From assembly GCF_028641065.1 (NCBI RefSeq), contig NC_073410.1:8184001-8248000 (forward strand): a stretch of DNA of 64,000 nt, written 5' to 3'. Made by a program: the position numbers and the translations under genes. The notes beneath the pieces are model-generated. The model was not told where the DNA came from. It did not search any database and was given only the letters and a program-made list of their open reading frames with translations. Numbering within the stretch: position 1 is the first letter of the stretch; every line of letters starts with the position of its first letter. Below, piece after piece: positions 12,240 to 25,185 of the stretch. The stretch is from Leucoraja erinacea. Taxonomy: Eukaryota.

Positions 12240-13160
12240 AAGATTCAGAGAGCATGGAGCCTTTTATGACAACTAAGATGATCTATGTGCTAGTTCCATT
12301 TAGCCCAGATCCTCTTATTTCTTCCTATCCATGTTCCTGACCAAATGTCTTTTTAAACATTGTAATTATATCTGCCTCTATTTCTTTCTCTGGCAGCTCA
12401 TTCCATGTACTCGACATCCCCTGCATAAGAAAGTTTCCCATCGGGTCTCTTTTAAATCTTTATCATCACCTTAAATCTATCCGCACCAGTTTTTGACTCC
12501 CTGACACTGGGAAAATAATAATAATAATCTTATTTATATAGCACATTTTTAGTCAACTTGCATTGACCCCAAAGTGCTTCACATAATTACATTACATTTA
12601 CACACAGGCAAAGGTGGGTGAAGTGTCTTGCCCCAAGGACACAACGACAGTATGCACTCCAAGTGGGATTCGAACCAGCTACCTTCCAGTCGCCAGCCGA
12701 ACACTTAGCCCATCGCGCCATCTGTCGTCCCGCAAATAAACATTGACTGTATCCATACCCCTCATATATATCATATCAGACTGATTTTATAGACCTCCAC
12801 AAGATCACCCCTCATCTTCCTATGCATCGGGGTAAAAAGACTCAGCCTATCCAGCCTCTCCCGATAACTCAACCCCATATATTTCCAGTAACATCCACGT
12901 GAATCTTTTCTGCACCCTTTCCAGTTCATGACATCCTATTTATAGCTGGGCAACCAGAACTGTACACAGTACTCTATGTGTGGTCTCAACAATGACTGTA
13001 CAGTTGTAATATGACCTTCCAACACCTGTACTCAATGCCTTGACCATTGGTGCCAAGAATACTTCACCATCCCGTCTACCTGTCTTGCAGGGAGCTACAG
13101 GTATGTACCTATAAACCTCAATCCCTTTGTTCTTCAACATGCTCCAGGGGCTGACCATTC
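12240..13160 (-). mobile_element. Diverged CR1-clade LINE 3' portion
   Basis: Similar to 7448-7824 (GGCAGCTCATTCCA, AAGTTTCCC, CTCAGCCTATCCAGCCTCTCC, CCAGAACTGTACACAGTACTC); interrupted by a SINE. Confidence 0.8.
12514..12731 (-). mobile_element. tRNA-derived CORE-like SINE nested in CR1
   Basis: Minus strand: A box TGGCGCGATGG, B box GGTTCGAATCC, GTTGTGTCCTTGGGGCAAGACACTT core-like motif, L2-type tail ending (ATT)n. Confidence 0.8.
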
Positions 13161-13508
13161 ACTGAAAATGCAACACCTTCTATGCCTCAGAGTTCAATCC
13201 CATTTGTCATTTCTTAGCCCAACATGTTCAACAATATCCTGCAATATTATTACTATGTAAAGCAAGTTCAATTTTCTTCTATTATATGCTCCAAATTCTA
13301 GACTACAAACCATCTCAACTGTAATGATACCCTTCCATCTACCTTGCAGCTCAATTAATTGATTATTAAATATTTTCCTGTAAAATCTGTATTGTTCTAA
13401 TGTAAAAATAATCAATAGTCTTCCTCCATATTTTAATGTTTTAATATCTATCAGCATCATAGTGCATACGCTCTAACATCAAAGCCTTATTCACAATGTG
13501 AAGGCTTA

Positions 13509-13894
13509 AGGGCCTGTCCCACGAGCACGCGACTCCATGCGGCAAGCGCGACCTAAAGCCCGCATCCGCCTCGACGCTGTACACACGGCGGTCGAGTGAG
13601 TGACGTGAAGTTCGACGGGCGTACAGCGTTGAAGCGATGCGTACGGCGTCGAGGCAGCTGCGGGCCGTTGCCGCGCAGAATTTTTGTCAGTTTTTCGGAG
13701 TCCCGCGCGATGTCGGGACCAGCTCCGCACAACTCCATTAGGCTCCGGCAATCGAAGTGGGACCGGCCCCGCGAGGCCGTACGGTTCAAGCGACCACGTT
13801 AGGTCACGCTTGCCGCATGCAGGCACATGCTGTTGGGCCCAGCCCTTTAGGTCGTGCTTGCCGCATAGAGTCGCATGCTCGTGGGACAGGCCCT
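13509..13894. mobile_element. PIF/Harbinger-type MITE, CpG-rich (young)
   Basis: ~45-bp TIRs AGGGCCTGTCCCACGAGCA / TGCTCGTGGGACAGGCCCT, TWA flanks (TTA/TAA; TTAA reading also possible); shares CCTGTCCCAC with 1849-2054. Confidence 0.85.
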
Positions 13895-14789
13895 TAACAG
13901 TACCCATTGTGCGTATAGTATACCTTCAAAACTGTGACCTCATGGATTTTAATCCTTACGGTTACTTCTTTTTTATATATTTTCTTTAATGCAGTGTAAA
14001 TATGTAAAGTCCAGATGGTACATCTGCGCCCATACTTCTCTATCTTTACTTGTCAAAGGTGTACCAAAGGCATGTTGAATCTTTCCATCACTTGTTGCGT
14101 TTTTAAAAATTGTTACATAATGTATCTTAACTGGTATTGCAGAGGAGCTCAGGATAGATCATAATCCATCAGGAATCTCTGCTTCATTCCAACCTAAATC
14201 AAGATTCAGCATTTGAAGCCAAGGAAAGGTTTGGGATTTCATCTTGGACCACTTGGAATTGACACACGCAGTGTTAATCCAGGGTGGTTTGCACGGTAAA
14301 AGGCTGAAGAGACAGATTTTTGGTCTGACCTTAATGGTAATATTAAGAGTAAGTATTCTTCCCTCCCGTCTCATTTCTTAAGAATGCAGTCAGGTTACAT
14401 CTGTCATCGGTTTTGCTTTCAGTCACATGGAGATGTTATGATGCATCTGCTGCTTTAATCCAACATCCAGGATTCTAGCGAACTGTCAGCACATGGAGAA
14501 AAATTCTCCCTCGACTTCACAGCCGAGTCCTTCCTCTGGCACCACACTCACGTCAAATGGGGTGAGCACCTGACTGACCAGCAGATGAATTTAGCACCCA
14601 GTCAAACCAAAATGGCTTCTACTCATATTGTCGAGATGCAATTGAATTTTATCTGATCTATCTGGGCCACAATCTAGACTTGCACAAAGGTTCCTTGAAA
14701 ACAAGCCTGTTACAATTCCAGCAGGAGGCAGCTGTGTAAATAGAGCTTGTCGTGGCCATAAAACTGAAACGCAACCCTTGCTCTCAGAT

Positions 14790-15070
14790 CAATAGGTGGA
14801 GTTTCCATCATCCCGACGAGAGGCCTTCGGACATCGGACCGTCGGCAGCGGCAAACTGCGGAGGGTTCAAAAGCCTCGACCACGGGTGAACAAAGGAGGA
14901 AGATGATTAAATTTTATTACCTTCCATCACAGTGAGGAATGTGGATTCTGCTGTGGTAGATGTTTATGTTAAATTTTATTTTATGTGGCTGTGTCTCTTG
15001 TTGCTTTTCACTTAGTATGGCAACTCAATTTTCACTGTACGGTAATTGGTACATGACAATTAAAGTGAAT
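14790..15070 (+). mobile_element. Non-LTR retroelement 3' fragment with Rex1-like tail
   Basis: Ends TTTCACTGTACGGTAATTGGTACATGACAATTAAA, like tails at ~34990, ~50040 (inverted) and ~60640. Confidence 0.5.
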
Positions 15071-16819
15071 CTTGTATATGTTTAGTAAGAAATTTGTATT
15101 AAAATACCAGAAGGATGTAATCACAGTGGAATATTGCCTTCAGCCACTTAAATGTATAAATATTAGGAATAAACAGAGGCAATCAAAAAGCCTTGAGGTT
15201 TAAACAAATGCTCACACATATTGCAAAGTTTGTGGTTGTCCACCCTCTGTCCAGAATGTAAATATATTCACTGAGTGTGTTTGCTTTCAACCAAATATGT
15301 CATGACAGTACTTTACTCAGTCCAATACATTAGCACAAAACATCTGAGCTATCCATCGTCTTCATCTTGCCCAATCCATTTCTTCAGGTCTGCACTTAAG
15401 AGTTATTGATTCATCAGCTGCTCGAGCTCAACTTCATGTTATCACATGAACACCACAAACATCAACAATTCTGGGTTACTAACTATGCGCTCAATTCTGT
15501 TTATTTATTTTGTCTGCCATCATTAATTAATTTAAACTAACATGGACGTTACAATGATTAAATTAACCTCCTTTTGTGCTTTGCCCTGCTTGGAAAGATC
15601 GACTAATAGTTCAACAGTGAGTTTTGTTCCCTAAACTGCAAGCCAGAAGCTCAAATCAGACTCCCCATGTCGCTCGGAATTGCAAGGAATAGATTATCAA
15701 GGCATCTTCATCAATTTTGAAAGAATCACAGGGAATTTACAGCATAGAAATGACCTCTTCATCAATCGTGCCCAAGCCAGTCATTATTTACCTCACAGGA
15801 TTACATTATCCTTTCTTCATCTCACCCAATCAACATATCCACTGCCTCATATTTTTCTTACTTTGCTCAAATTTACCTAAGCTAACGTTTCCTGTGGTAT
15901 AGAGGGGAAAAGAATTGTGTTTGCATAGAGCTGTTGGCATCTCTTCACAGGTTTGCTGTCGTTTGCTCGTTCTATAGTTATCACAATCATGCTTCCCTGA
16001 TAACACATAGTCAGTCAACAAACATCAGCTTGTTGGAATCCAGAAGATCATATCGTTCGAATAGGCTCTTGATAGCTTTTAGCTGGAACATTTTGTAAAC
16101 TAATCCCACTGCCCTTCACAGCCCGATATCTTCCTGTTCTTCAAATAGCCCTCCAGTTCTCTTCTCAGATGCAACGATCTCTCCCTCAACCACTCCCACT
16201 GAACCATTGTTGTACATTCTCAAAGGCAAGGCTATTCTTCCTCGAGAAAGAAACCAAACATATTCCATGGTCTAGTAATACGTTGGGTAAAGAGCTAACA
16301 TTTGCAAGTGCTTTCTGTGACCAGGCCAGATTGCTAAACTTAGTTATAGTGAAGCACTCAAATATAAATATTATTATTATTCATTTCTGAGTCATGTCAA
16401 TGCTTCAGACACAATCCTAGCACCATTTTTTTTGTGTCATTAATTTCCACACGGGGGTGGGGTTTATCCACTCACCCCGGATAGAGAGAACATTTGTTTT
16501 AACAGCAGCCAACAAAAATAATTATTTCATTTGATGTTACAGCAACATTTCATTTCAACTTTGCTCAACAGTAAATCACCCAGGCAAACCACATTAAAAG
16601 CAAATGTCAAAGATGATTTCGAAGCTTGGGTTACAAAAATAACTCAACCAACATGTTATCCCTGTTGGAAATAAACTACTGTGCTACCAACCACTGATCA
16701 AATTGCTTCTGAACTTGAGTTTCAGCGCATACAGAGCTTTGCCTTCAGTATTCTTCAGATAGTTTATGCACATTAATTTCATTCTATAATGAAATGGCTG
16801 AATAAAGAAAGATTTAAAC

Positions 16820-17450
16820 ATAAGATAGACACGAACTGCTGCTGCAACTCAGCGGGTCAGGCAACAACTTTGGAGAAAATGGATAGGTGACGTTTCAGGT
16901 CGGGACCCTTCTTCACACTGATTGTGGGGGAGATGGGGGGGGGGGGGGGGGGTGGGGGAGTAACTGGAAACAAGAAAAGACCAGGACACATCAGAGCCGG
17001 TAACAGATGACCTCAGGCTAGGCCAGTGTGCTTCCAAGAGGGATACATCATTGCGAACTGTGAAACTGGTTAACTGACTTTTAGTTGAGGAAAGGGCCAA
17101 AGAGCGGGGTGTGGGTGGCGGTTGAGGAGGGGGGGGGGGGGGGGGGAGGAGGGGGGGGGGGGGAAGGGGAACGTTTGTAGAAATTACCAAAAAAATAGAG
17201 AATCCAACATTCATCACGCTGGGAAATGAATTATTTTGGCATTTGGGCCCATTTCCTTCAACAAGAATTGGTCGAGGTAACCAACAAAAAGGCAGGCATA
17301 GTTGGGGCCCATGCGAGTGCTCACGGCTGCATCTTTAACTTGGATAAAGTGAGAGGAGTGAATAGAGAAGCTGTTGAGGGTGAGGACAAGTTACGCTGGG
17401 TGGAGGAGAGTTAGAAGAGGAAAATTGGTTGGGTCTTTGTTCAAGGTAAA
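16820..17450 (-). mobile_element. Penelope-like element remnant (RT core plus terminal repeat, poly-G tracts)
   Basis: Minus strand LVLTLNSFS...HFIQVKDAAVSTRMGPNYACLFVGY; hammerhead-like motif ~16884-16920 with mutated C3. Confidence 0.8.
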
Positions 17451-17674
17451 AATACAGTTACTCTAACAATTTGTGTCATTCAGTGGTATAAACATCTGCC
17501 GTTCCCTTTTATTACTTTTAAAGATTTAAGCATACCTAATTATTATGAGATAAGTATATTTTAAATGCTAGGACTACAAATTAGGAATATCAGGTCAGTT
17601 AAATAATTTCACTTGCAATCCATTCCTTGCTTTCAGTGGGATATTTGTCCAACCATCAAGATGTATTGCTAAAG

Positions 17675-17800
17675 AGAAGGGTCTCGACCTGAAACGTCAC
17701 CCATTCTTTCCCTCCAGAGATGCTGCCTGTCCTGCTGAGTTACTCCAGTATTTTGTGTCTACCTTCAATTTAAACCAGAATCTACAGTTCTTTCCTATAC
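17675..17800 (+). mobile_element. PLE-derived terminal-repeat fragment
   Basis: GAAGGGTCTCGACCTGAAACGTCACCCATTC...TTACTCCAG. Confidence 0.75.
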
Positions 17801-17994
17801 GCAAAAGAGAAACACCCTATTTTAACATCCCGCACTTTTCCTTTATATCTTGAGAAATATACTACAGATGAAATATCAGTTCAGTTTAGTTTTGAACTGA
17901 TAAACTAAATTAAATACTGATATTAGAATACAGATGACTGGATGGAAGCAAAATTCTAAGCAGTTTTTACGCAAGGAAGGCATAATTACTTATA

Positions 17995-18210
17995 CTGAAG
18001 ATAGACACAAAAAGCTGCAGCAACTCAGTGGGTCAGCCAGTATCTCTGGAGAAAAGGAATAGGTGAAGTTTTCGGTGGAGACCCTTGTTCAGACGTGACC
18101 CGACTTGTCTACTAAACCCTTATTCAAGAGATGATACCAGACCCACTGAGTTACTCCAGCATTTTGTATCTGTCTTCGGTGTAAACAAGCGTATGCAGTT
18201 CCATCCTGCA
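17995..18210. mobile_element. PLE-derived palindromic insert
   Basis: Inverted arms of family consensus; TTACTTATA repeated at both flanks. Confidence 0.7.
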
Positions 18211-18534
18211 TGGTTACTTATATTCACTGATTGAGAAAGAGCAGGAGAATGGTGCAAAGTTAGTTGATTTATTGAGCACCAACATGAAACAGATCCAAAA
18301 TAACATTAGTGAAGGTTAGAATATTAGGACATTGCATCCAATTCTGAGGGACAGATTTTGGGAAAAGCATTAATATTTTGGAGAGGATAAACAGAATCTT
18401 TACTAGAGTGGTACAGTTTGCTTTAAATAAATGAATGACCAATTACTCAAAGAGAATTTGAGCTCAGGGATGGTTCTCCTACAGGTGGGGAAGGATTGAG
18501 AGGTTCAAAAATGCAAAAGGTTTCGATAGAACAG

Positions 18535-18811
18535 GTGCAGATCGCCGAACATTTTCAACATGTTGAAAATCCAGCATTTTCCAGAAAGATGCTACGAGTC
18601 TTTGGGTGACTGAGAAGACTACTCACGACCATACAGGCAACACCCTGGTGACATGTCGCGGGGTGAAGCCAGCATGGTCATGAATAGTCGCCCAAAGAGT
18701 CGTACCTTGTTCTGGTCGCCACTGGATTTTCAACATGTTGAATATTTTCAGCGACCTGCAATGACCTATGACGGGTGCCAGCAGTCACCGAAAAAGTTGC
18801 GTAAGTGGGAC
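18535..18811. mobile_element. Truncated Harbinger-type MITE
   Basis: Right end TAAGTGGGAC as in 1849-2054; internal inverted copies of TTTTCAACATGTTGAA. Confidence 0.55.
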
Positions 18812-19914
18812 TCTGATTTTCTCCCTCCACATATGTTGTCACGATCCCTGAATATTACCTCGATGTTCTATTTGAATTATAGTTTTGCTGCATTTGCAGT
18901 TTTATTTTGCTGAACTACTGAAATTTCAAAAATCCCTTCTTTAACTTAAAAGCATTTTAAGCCATAAAAGATGGCATAGAAGTGGAAGTCCTACTCGTGC
19001 TTTTGCTTGGCTAAAGCCACAAAACCAAATATTATTATGTTTGATCTTTGTTTGGGCCGGTGTGATTTTAACACAAAACCAACCATGTGCGCATGTTGTG
19101 ATGAAGCCAAAAATGATGGCTGGGGAGGAGAAAAAAACAACCAGCTCAATCCACCTCCCACTGCGACAGCTAATAACAGAAGCAACTAAATTATCACGAT
19201 TTCATTTGGACTCTTCACTGCTTTCCAGAATTATTCCAAACATTTGTCACTCTTTGGGTAAAGCAATTATTTTTTCTGGGTTTATGTTCTAAATATACTT
19301 TCCATTTGTTTCCACTTACAGCCCCCAGGTTAATAAATTATCTGACAATATTTAAGATTGTTTAAGTAATCTGCCTGTTGTAACTAAACACTGAAATTAG
19401 GTCGACCTGCAATGGTAATGTGTGGCATGGTGTGAATGTCCTCAAATAATAAGTCAATGCTAGGATGGGATAGATAAGTGCCTGGTGTAATCCCTGTCAG
19501 GGCACAGGTTGGTTTACATCACTCAAACAGAAGACTGTCGTTCACTAACCTATGTCGACATTATTATAAACTCTCTACACGTTTCCCGTCTGTTTTTACG
19601 TCCATATTAAAATGGTGACAGTGAACATTTGTGTCAAATCAGTTTTATGTTGATGAATTAAATATACAGACTTATATACTACTGAAGCGTACGTAGCAAA
19701 CATAATTAACTCTTTGCAGTCACCTTAAGGCACAGTTTCTTTAAAAATGAACTGTGGAGTGATTTTCTTTTAGATTGGGGGTGGGATGAATTGGTGATTA
19801 AGCTCTAAACCTGATATGGGTCTTCAAACCGTGTATATAGAACTAATTCTATGTGCGTGGTAGGGAAGGAGGGGGAGGTTAATTCATAATTATTGTGACC
19901 AGCAGAACTGAGGA

Positions 19915-20080
19915 GCAAACCTCCAAAGACGTGCAGGTTTGTGGGTTCATTGACTTCTGTAAATTGCCCCAAGTGTGTGGGATGCGCAAGTGAGATCAAC
20001 TAGAAATTGGGAGCGGGTGATCGATGGGTGGCGCGGACTCGGTGGGCCAAAGGTCCTGTTCCCAGTCTGTAAATTCTAAA
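19915..20080 (+). mobile_element. HE1-like SINE 3' half
   Basis: CCAAAGACGTGCAGGTTTGT...AAATTGCCCC...GGACTCGGTGGGCCAAAGGTCCTGTT (CR1-derived tail). Confidence 0.7.
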
Positions 20081-20777
20081 CAATTACAGGATGTGGGAGC
20101 AAATCCCTGCGGTAGAGAGCGATCTCTAGAAGTGGAGTGTTTCAGTTAAAGGGAGGCCTCGCAAATAGAGGAAGAATGTAAGGGAAAACATACTCTGAGA
20201 GGCGAGGGGGTGGCCGATGTCCCCGTGCATCCGAAACATCGCCAACTTTGTGTCCTGCCTGTAGACCAGAGATTCTGTCACAATCTCCGTGCGCGTCAAG
20301 AATGGCACCCGCTCTGAGAGATTTACATGGTTTGTTCATGCTAAGCGAGGTCCTTCCTGGAGGGCTTGGGTTGCAAGAAGAAGGTGGATAGGCTGGAGTT
20401 TTTTTTCTTTGCAGTGCAGGAAGCTGAGGGATGACCTCGTCTCACATTTGGCCCCTATCCCTCCCTCATACCCAACAGGTTTCTGCGTAGTCTACAGTAC
20501 AGCAAGGTTTGTGTTCCATTCAACATTCCCCCACCATCTCCCACTACCCTGGTGCTGCTGTCTTGAAACACAAAAGTGCTGAACTAACCTCTGTGGAGAA
20601 CATGAAAAGCTGACGTTTCGGATCGCCACCCTGCATTTGGCTGCTGGGTTAGATTTTAGACTGCAAAGAATCACTTGTTGTTTTCCAAATGACCTGCAAT
20701 CTGTCTTTATTGCGTCTTTGGAAAATGCAAAATCTCCGCTTTTCAATTTCAGAACATTTAGCCTTCAGGCATTAAAC

Positions 20778-20895
20778 AAGGGTCTGAAGAAGGGTCTCGA
20801 CCCGAAGCGTCACATGTTCCTTTTCTCCAGAGATGCTGTCCACTTTTTGGTATCTGTCTTCGGTCTAAACCAGTATCTGCAGTTCCTTCCTACAG
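20778..20895 (+). mobile_element. PLE-derived terminal-repeat fragment with near-intact hammerhead motif
   Basis: GGGTCTGAAGAAGGGTCTCGACCCGAAGCGTCAC (A15.1 mutated). Confidence 0.75.
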
Positions 20896-21447
20896 ATAAA
20901 AAATAACGCAGCGGCGGGAGAAGAACCCACTATTTCGGAAATTCCAGGAAAACGTATAGTAATCTTTGCTCTGCAGCCGAACTGGTTGAAGGAAAAGATT
21001 GCCGAAAACATATTACTCAGATGAACACGGGAGGTTGACAACATATTAACATGTATCTCGGGGTAAACCCGTTTTTCTTACCCGGCCGCCACTGAAAAAA
21101 TGACGAAGCAGCTTAAAATGAACTGTGGTTCAAATGGAGATAAGATCATATTGATTCAGTTTCACTCAATAAAACCCCGCCCGCACTTTTTACGCATTAG
21201 CTCGGTTTTGGAGCATTTTGTGTGTTAGTACACGGACATTTTTTGTAATTACCTTAAATGGCTACACTGACTGTATGTAACCTGTCAACATTTCTCCCAG
21301 CTCTTCAATATAAACCACATCATAACGCGTTGCCCTCAGAGGACCAGTCACCATGCACGAGTCCGTGCAGCCTTTTACAACAGCCTCCGGACAGAGAGTG
21401 AACAAAAATCTCTTCTTACGAAAGTAAAAACCTCAATCACTTTGAAA

Positions 21448-21860
21448 TGTGTTGGAAGGAACAGCAGATGCTGGTTTAAACCGAAGACGGACACATAAAA
21501 CTGGAGCCGCTAACAATGAATGGCCTGCTCCCTTTATCATTGTTACTTTAGTGTATACATTTCATTCTACATCTCTCGTTTTCCTTTCCCCAGACTCTGA
21601 AGAAGGGTCGCGACCCGAAATACCACCTATTCCAATAGACAGTAGGTGCAGGAGTAGGCCATTTGACCCTTCGAGCCAGCACCGCCATTCAATGTGATCA
21701 TGGCTGATCATCCCCAATCAGTACCCCGTTCATGCCTTCTCCACATATCCCCCGACTCCGCTATTTTTTAAGAGCCCTATCTAGCTCTCTCTAGAATTCC
21801 TTTTCTCCAGAGATGCTGCCTGACCCGCAGAGTTACTCCAGCTTTCTGTGTCTACCTTCA
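21448..21860. mobile_element. PLE-derived insert with nested CR1 3' tail
   Basis: Family arms at 21448-21510 and 21595-21860, split by a minus-strand CR1 tail (~21633-21792). Confidence 0.75.
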
Positions 21861-23454
21861 AGCACTTTGAAAGTCCCTGCGATAAGAAGTCTGGGCCAAA
21901 GTCCAACTATGTATCACGTACTCACCTATGGATTTGGGGTTTTAATTTCCATCAAGCATGTTCCCCATTAGGATTGGGGGCAGATGTGCAGAAGCCGCCC
22001 AGGCGGGTCTCTCTCTCCGCCGATCTTTTTACTCCTTTGTGGAAGCCAATAACGCTAGTTCTGTTCGCCAGTTCTATTTGTCACTATCCCCTGCCCGGCA
22101 CTTCAGTGAACAAGCCTGAATACCGGTGGCATTGAGTGCTTTGAGTTGAAATGGTGCGGGCGACAGTGGGTTTTTAGTCTGCAAACCAGGACGTTATTTT
22201 CCTAATCCTCATGTAAATCTCAGTGCAAATCGAAGGCAGTCTGCAAACACTGAGTTGCTGGCTGCGCGAAAACGGGAACGATGAGGAATTATATCTGTGG
22301 AGGTCCAGTACCGTCACATTTATGAAACCAACCATAACACAAAACATGCTAGAATAAAAGGTGCGTTGCTATGCATTCATGCGAACACATACTCACACAT
22401 TATACAGGACGAGAAGAGACAAAGGTCGGGGTGGTGATCGCGGTCGGGAAGTTAGCAGGCAAACCAAGGCCGTCACACCTGGTGCGAATTAGCGGCGATT
22501 TGTTTGCTTATCAGTGGGGCCTACTTAAATAGTTAGTTCGATTTGGGCGGCTGGAAATTGACTGAATACGCATTTTACTTGGAAATAAAATATATTAAAA
22601 GGCCGTGCTGTGAAAAGACTCAGTTTGGACGCACAGATCCGAACATTCCCCCTCTCCGTCAGGTTTGCGTGACCCTGGTTTAGCTATTCCACTTCACAAA
22701 TTGCCACCAATAACCCCATATAACTGTCTAAAGAAGGATCTGGACCCGAAACGTCGCCTATTCCTTCTCTCCAGACATTGCTGCCTGACCAGTTAAGGCT
22801 TTTTGTGTCGACGGTCTAAACCAGCATTGTAACTATGAATCTGTCTCACGCCTGACGCCACCTTAATCCAAATTGTGTTTTTGTTACACCCTGCTGTTCA
22901 ACGGCTATTTGTAGTCATTGGAGCCAGCCCTCGCTAATATTGTCAAACTGTTGCTCTAAAGATCGCTTGTTTTATGTGAGGGGACTTAATTTACCATCAA
23001 TGCGCCATTTAACCCTGTCACTGGCTGACCATTCCCCCCGAGCTGCGCATCCTCTTTGTCCTATCCCACTCTATTTGAGGTACACGCAAGAACTTGCCCC
23101 GAATCCGCAGTTTCCTCCGCGAATGCCCGCTATAGTGTGTGCTCTTCTTGGCGGACTCATTTTGCCCGTCTGATGTCGAAAACACTGCGCTGCGCCTAAT
23201 CGTGTATGTTCCCCGTGTGTTAAACGCAACATCAGTTAGAACTTCGTATTTCCACCGTATAACTACAATGGATGGGGGGGGGGTCCTCTCTGCATTATCT
23301 GTAACTATATGAAATACCAACTTTACAATGTATATATCTAAGATGTATATGCAAAGCGCTCACGGGAGAATCATTCCCCGATATCTATGACTGAGCCTGC
23401 TCAATGTAGTGGGACTGTGAGCAATTCCCACTCAACATCCCAATCCATAAAGCG

Positions 23455-23716
23455 ACTCCTCTTTAATCCATAGGTTTAAGAAGGGACTGCGGATGCTGGA
23501 AAATCGAAGGTGCACAAAAATGCTGGAGAAACTCAGCGGGTGCAGCAGCATCTATGGAGCGAAGGAGATAGGCAACGTTTCGAAGGCCCGAAACGATGCC
23601 TATCTCCTTCGCTCCATAGATGCTGCTGCACCCGCTGAGTTTCTCCAACATTTTTGTGTACCTTCGATTTTCCAGCATCCGCAGTCCCTTCTTAAACCTA
23701 TGGATTAAAGAGGAGT
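23455..23716. repeat. Near-perfect 262-bp palindrome (PLE-derived)
   Basis: ~128-bp arms with about 3 mismatches around a 6-nt spacer (TTTCG-AAGGCC-CGAAA). Confidence 0.95.
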
Positions 23717-24224
23717 AATACTAATTGTGTATTTTACACCAATGCTACTTGATGGGTTTATTTATGTTTGTTTTTTTCCCGCAGAGGCTGGGAATGTATT
23801 TGGTACAATAGACGTTACCATGTAGAGCGCTCCGGCCACAACCATTGTGTTCCCATAGATTGTGTTCTCATAGAATCCCTCTGTAATGTTACTTCATGTT
23901 GTAAACTCAGCATATCCTTTGCACGATTTCAAGGTGAACTTGTTTTTTTCCCTTTATTATCTTATTTGCAGAGTACTATTCAGTTGTGGTGTGGAAGATT
24001 GCAACCTTCACGTGGTCCGCCCTGTTTCGACTAATGCAATCAACTAGACGTGCACAAACAGAAGATCAAATAGAACAAGTTGTCCTACAACTTTAAGCTG
24101 TGCATGCCACACGAAAGAAGAAGAAGCTTCAGTTGTGTTGGTGCAAGTGTTAGAATGTCGTTCTTTAAGTAAACCAGGTAGATGTTAAATACCCCACTGA
24201 TCTATTTCAGAGGCTTTCTCTGAA

Positions 24225-24420
24225 GAGAGACACAAAATGCTGGAGTAACTAAGCGTGACCGGCAACATCTATGGACAGAAGGAATAGATGACATTTTGGG
24301 TTGTGACCCTTCTCCGGACTGTCTTCAACTTTCTGTGAAGTCCCGTTGCTCTTCAGCCTATTTCCTTCGCTCCATAGATGCTGCTGCACCCGCTGAATTT
24401 CTCCAGCATTTTTGTGTACC
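24225..24420. mobile_element. PLE-derived inverted pair (two subfamilies)
   Basis: GACACAAAATGCTGGAGTAACT... followed by GCCTATTTCCTTCGCTCCATAGATGCTGCTGCACCCGCTG. Confidence 0.7.
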
Positions 24421-24719
24421 GTTGAATCACACGTCCCTGTTTGTGGAACCTTGCCGTTCACCAATGAACTGCCACTATATCGGAAACAGCGCATTTGGGG
24501 AACTTGGGGGAAAGAGATCATTGAGCGAGTGGTCACGTTTAATGGGCATGGCATGGTTCAGATCTGTCCCAAGTCCCGGAGAGATTGGAAACAATGGACG
24601 TCTGAAACCGCGACTGATTCGAAAGACAAGAGAAAAAAGCTTTAAGGCGAGTGGAGCAGAATTTGGAGGAGATCTGGGGGCGATTCTTGCTGTAGTGGAT
24701 GGGTACCTGCATCGCTTGC

Positions 24720-25185
24720 AGTGGTGGTGCTGGAAACAGATACCATAGTGGCATTTAAGAGACTTTCAGATCGGCACATGGATATATCCCAGGGAATGGC
24801 GGAATATGGATCACGGTCAGGCAAAGGAGAATCGTTGAACTTGGCATCAAGTTCAGCAGGTTGTGGGCCGAAGGGCCTGTTCCCGTGCTGTACTCTTCTG
24901 TGGTCCAGTGTTCCGTGTAACCTAACAGCAGCCTGGGTTATTTGATAGTAGTTTGTGTGATATTTATAGACAATATTTGTTTTAAAAAGAGTGGGTTCTG
25001 TGGCCCGTGCCTTCTCCTCACGATCTCGCTGCATTACAGTCAAATATCGTGTTGATGGACATGACAGGTTTAGGGAGATATGGGCCAAACGCAGGCAGGT
25101 GGGACTAGTGTAGATGCGCCAGGTGGTGGTGGCGGTGCGGGCAAATTGGGCCGAAGGGCCTGTTTCCACGCTGCATGACTCTATG
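24720..25185 (+). mobile_element. Two CR1 3'-tail fragments
   Basis: GGCATTTAAGAGACTTTCAGAT...GGGCCGAAGGGCCTGTT ends at ~24900 and ~25185. Confidence 0.7.

Noticed and set aside
12660-12731. tRNA gene
   Set aside because: A/B boxes belong to a SINE head with body and tail; same for 29530-29600.
14159-14308. Possible minus-strand terminal exon (LLPCKPPWINTAC...)
   Set aside because: No recognisable homology or partner exons.
16925-17170. Poly-G tracts as functional G-quadruplexes (also 36780-36807)
   Set aside because: Simple homopolymer expansions, partly within a PLE remnant and error-prone in assemblies.
23463-23708. Near-identical 71-aa ORFs on both strands
   Set aside because: Consequence of the palindrome; no evidence of coding function.
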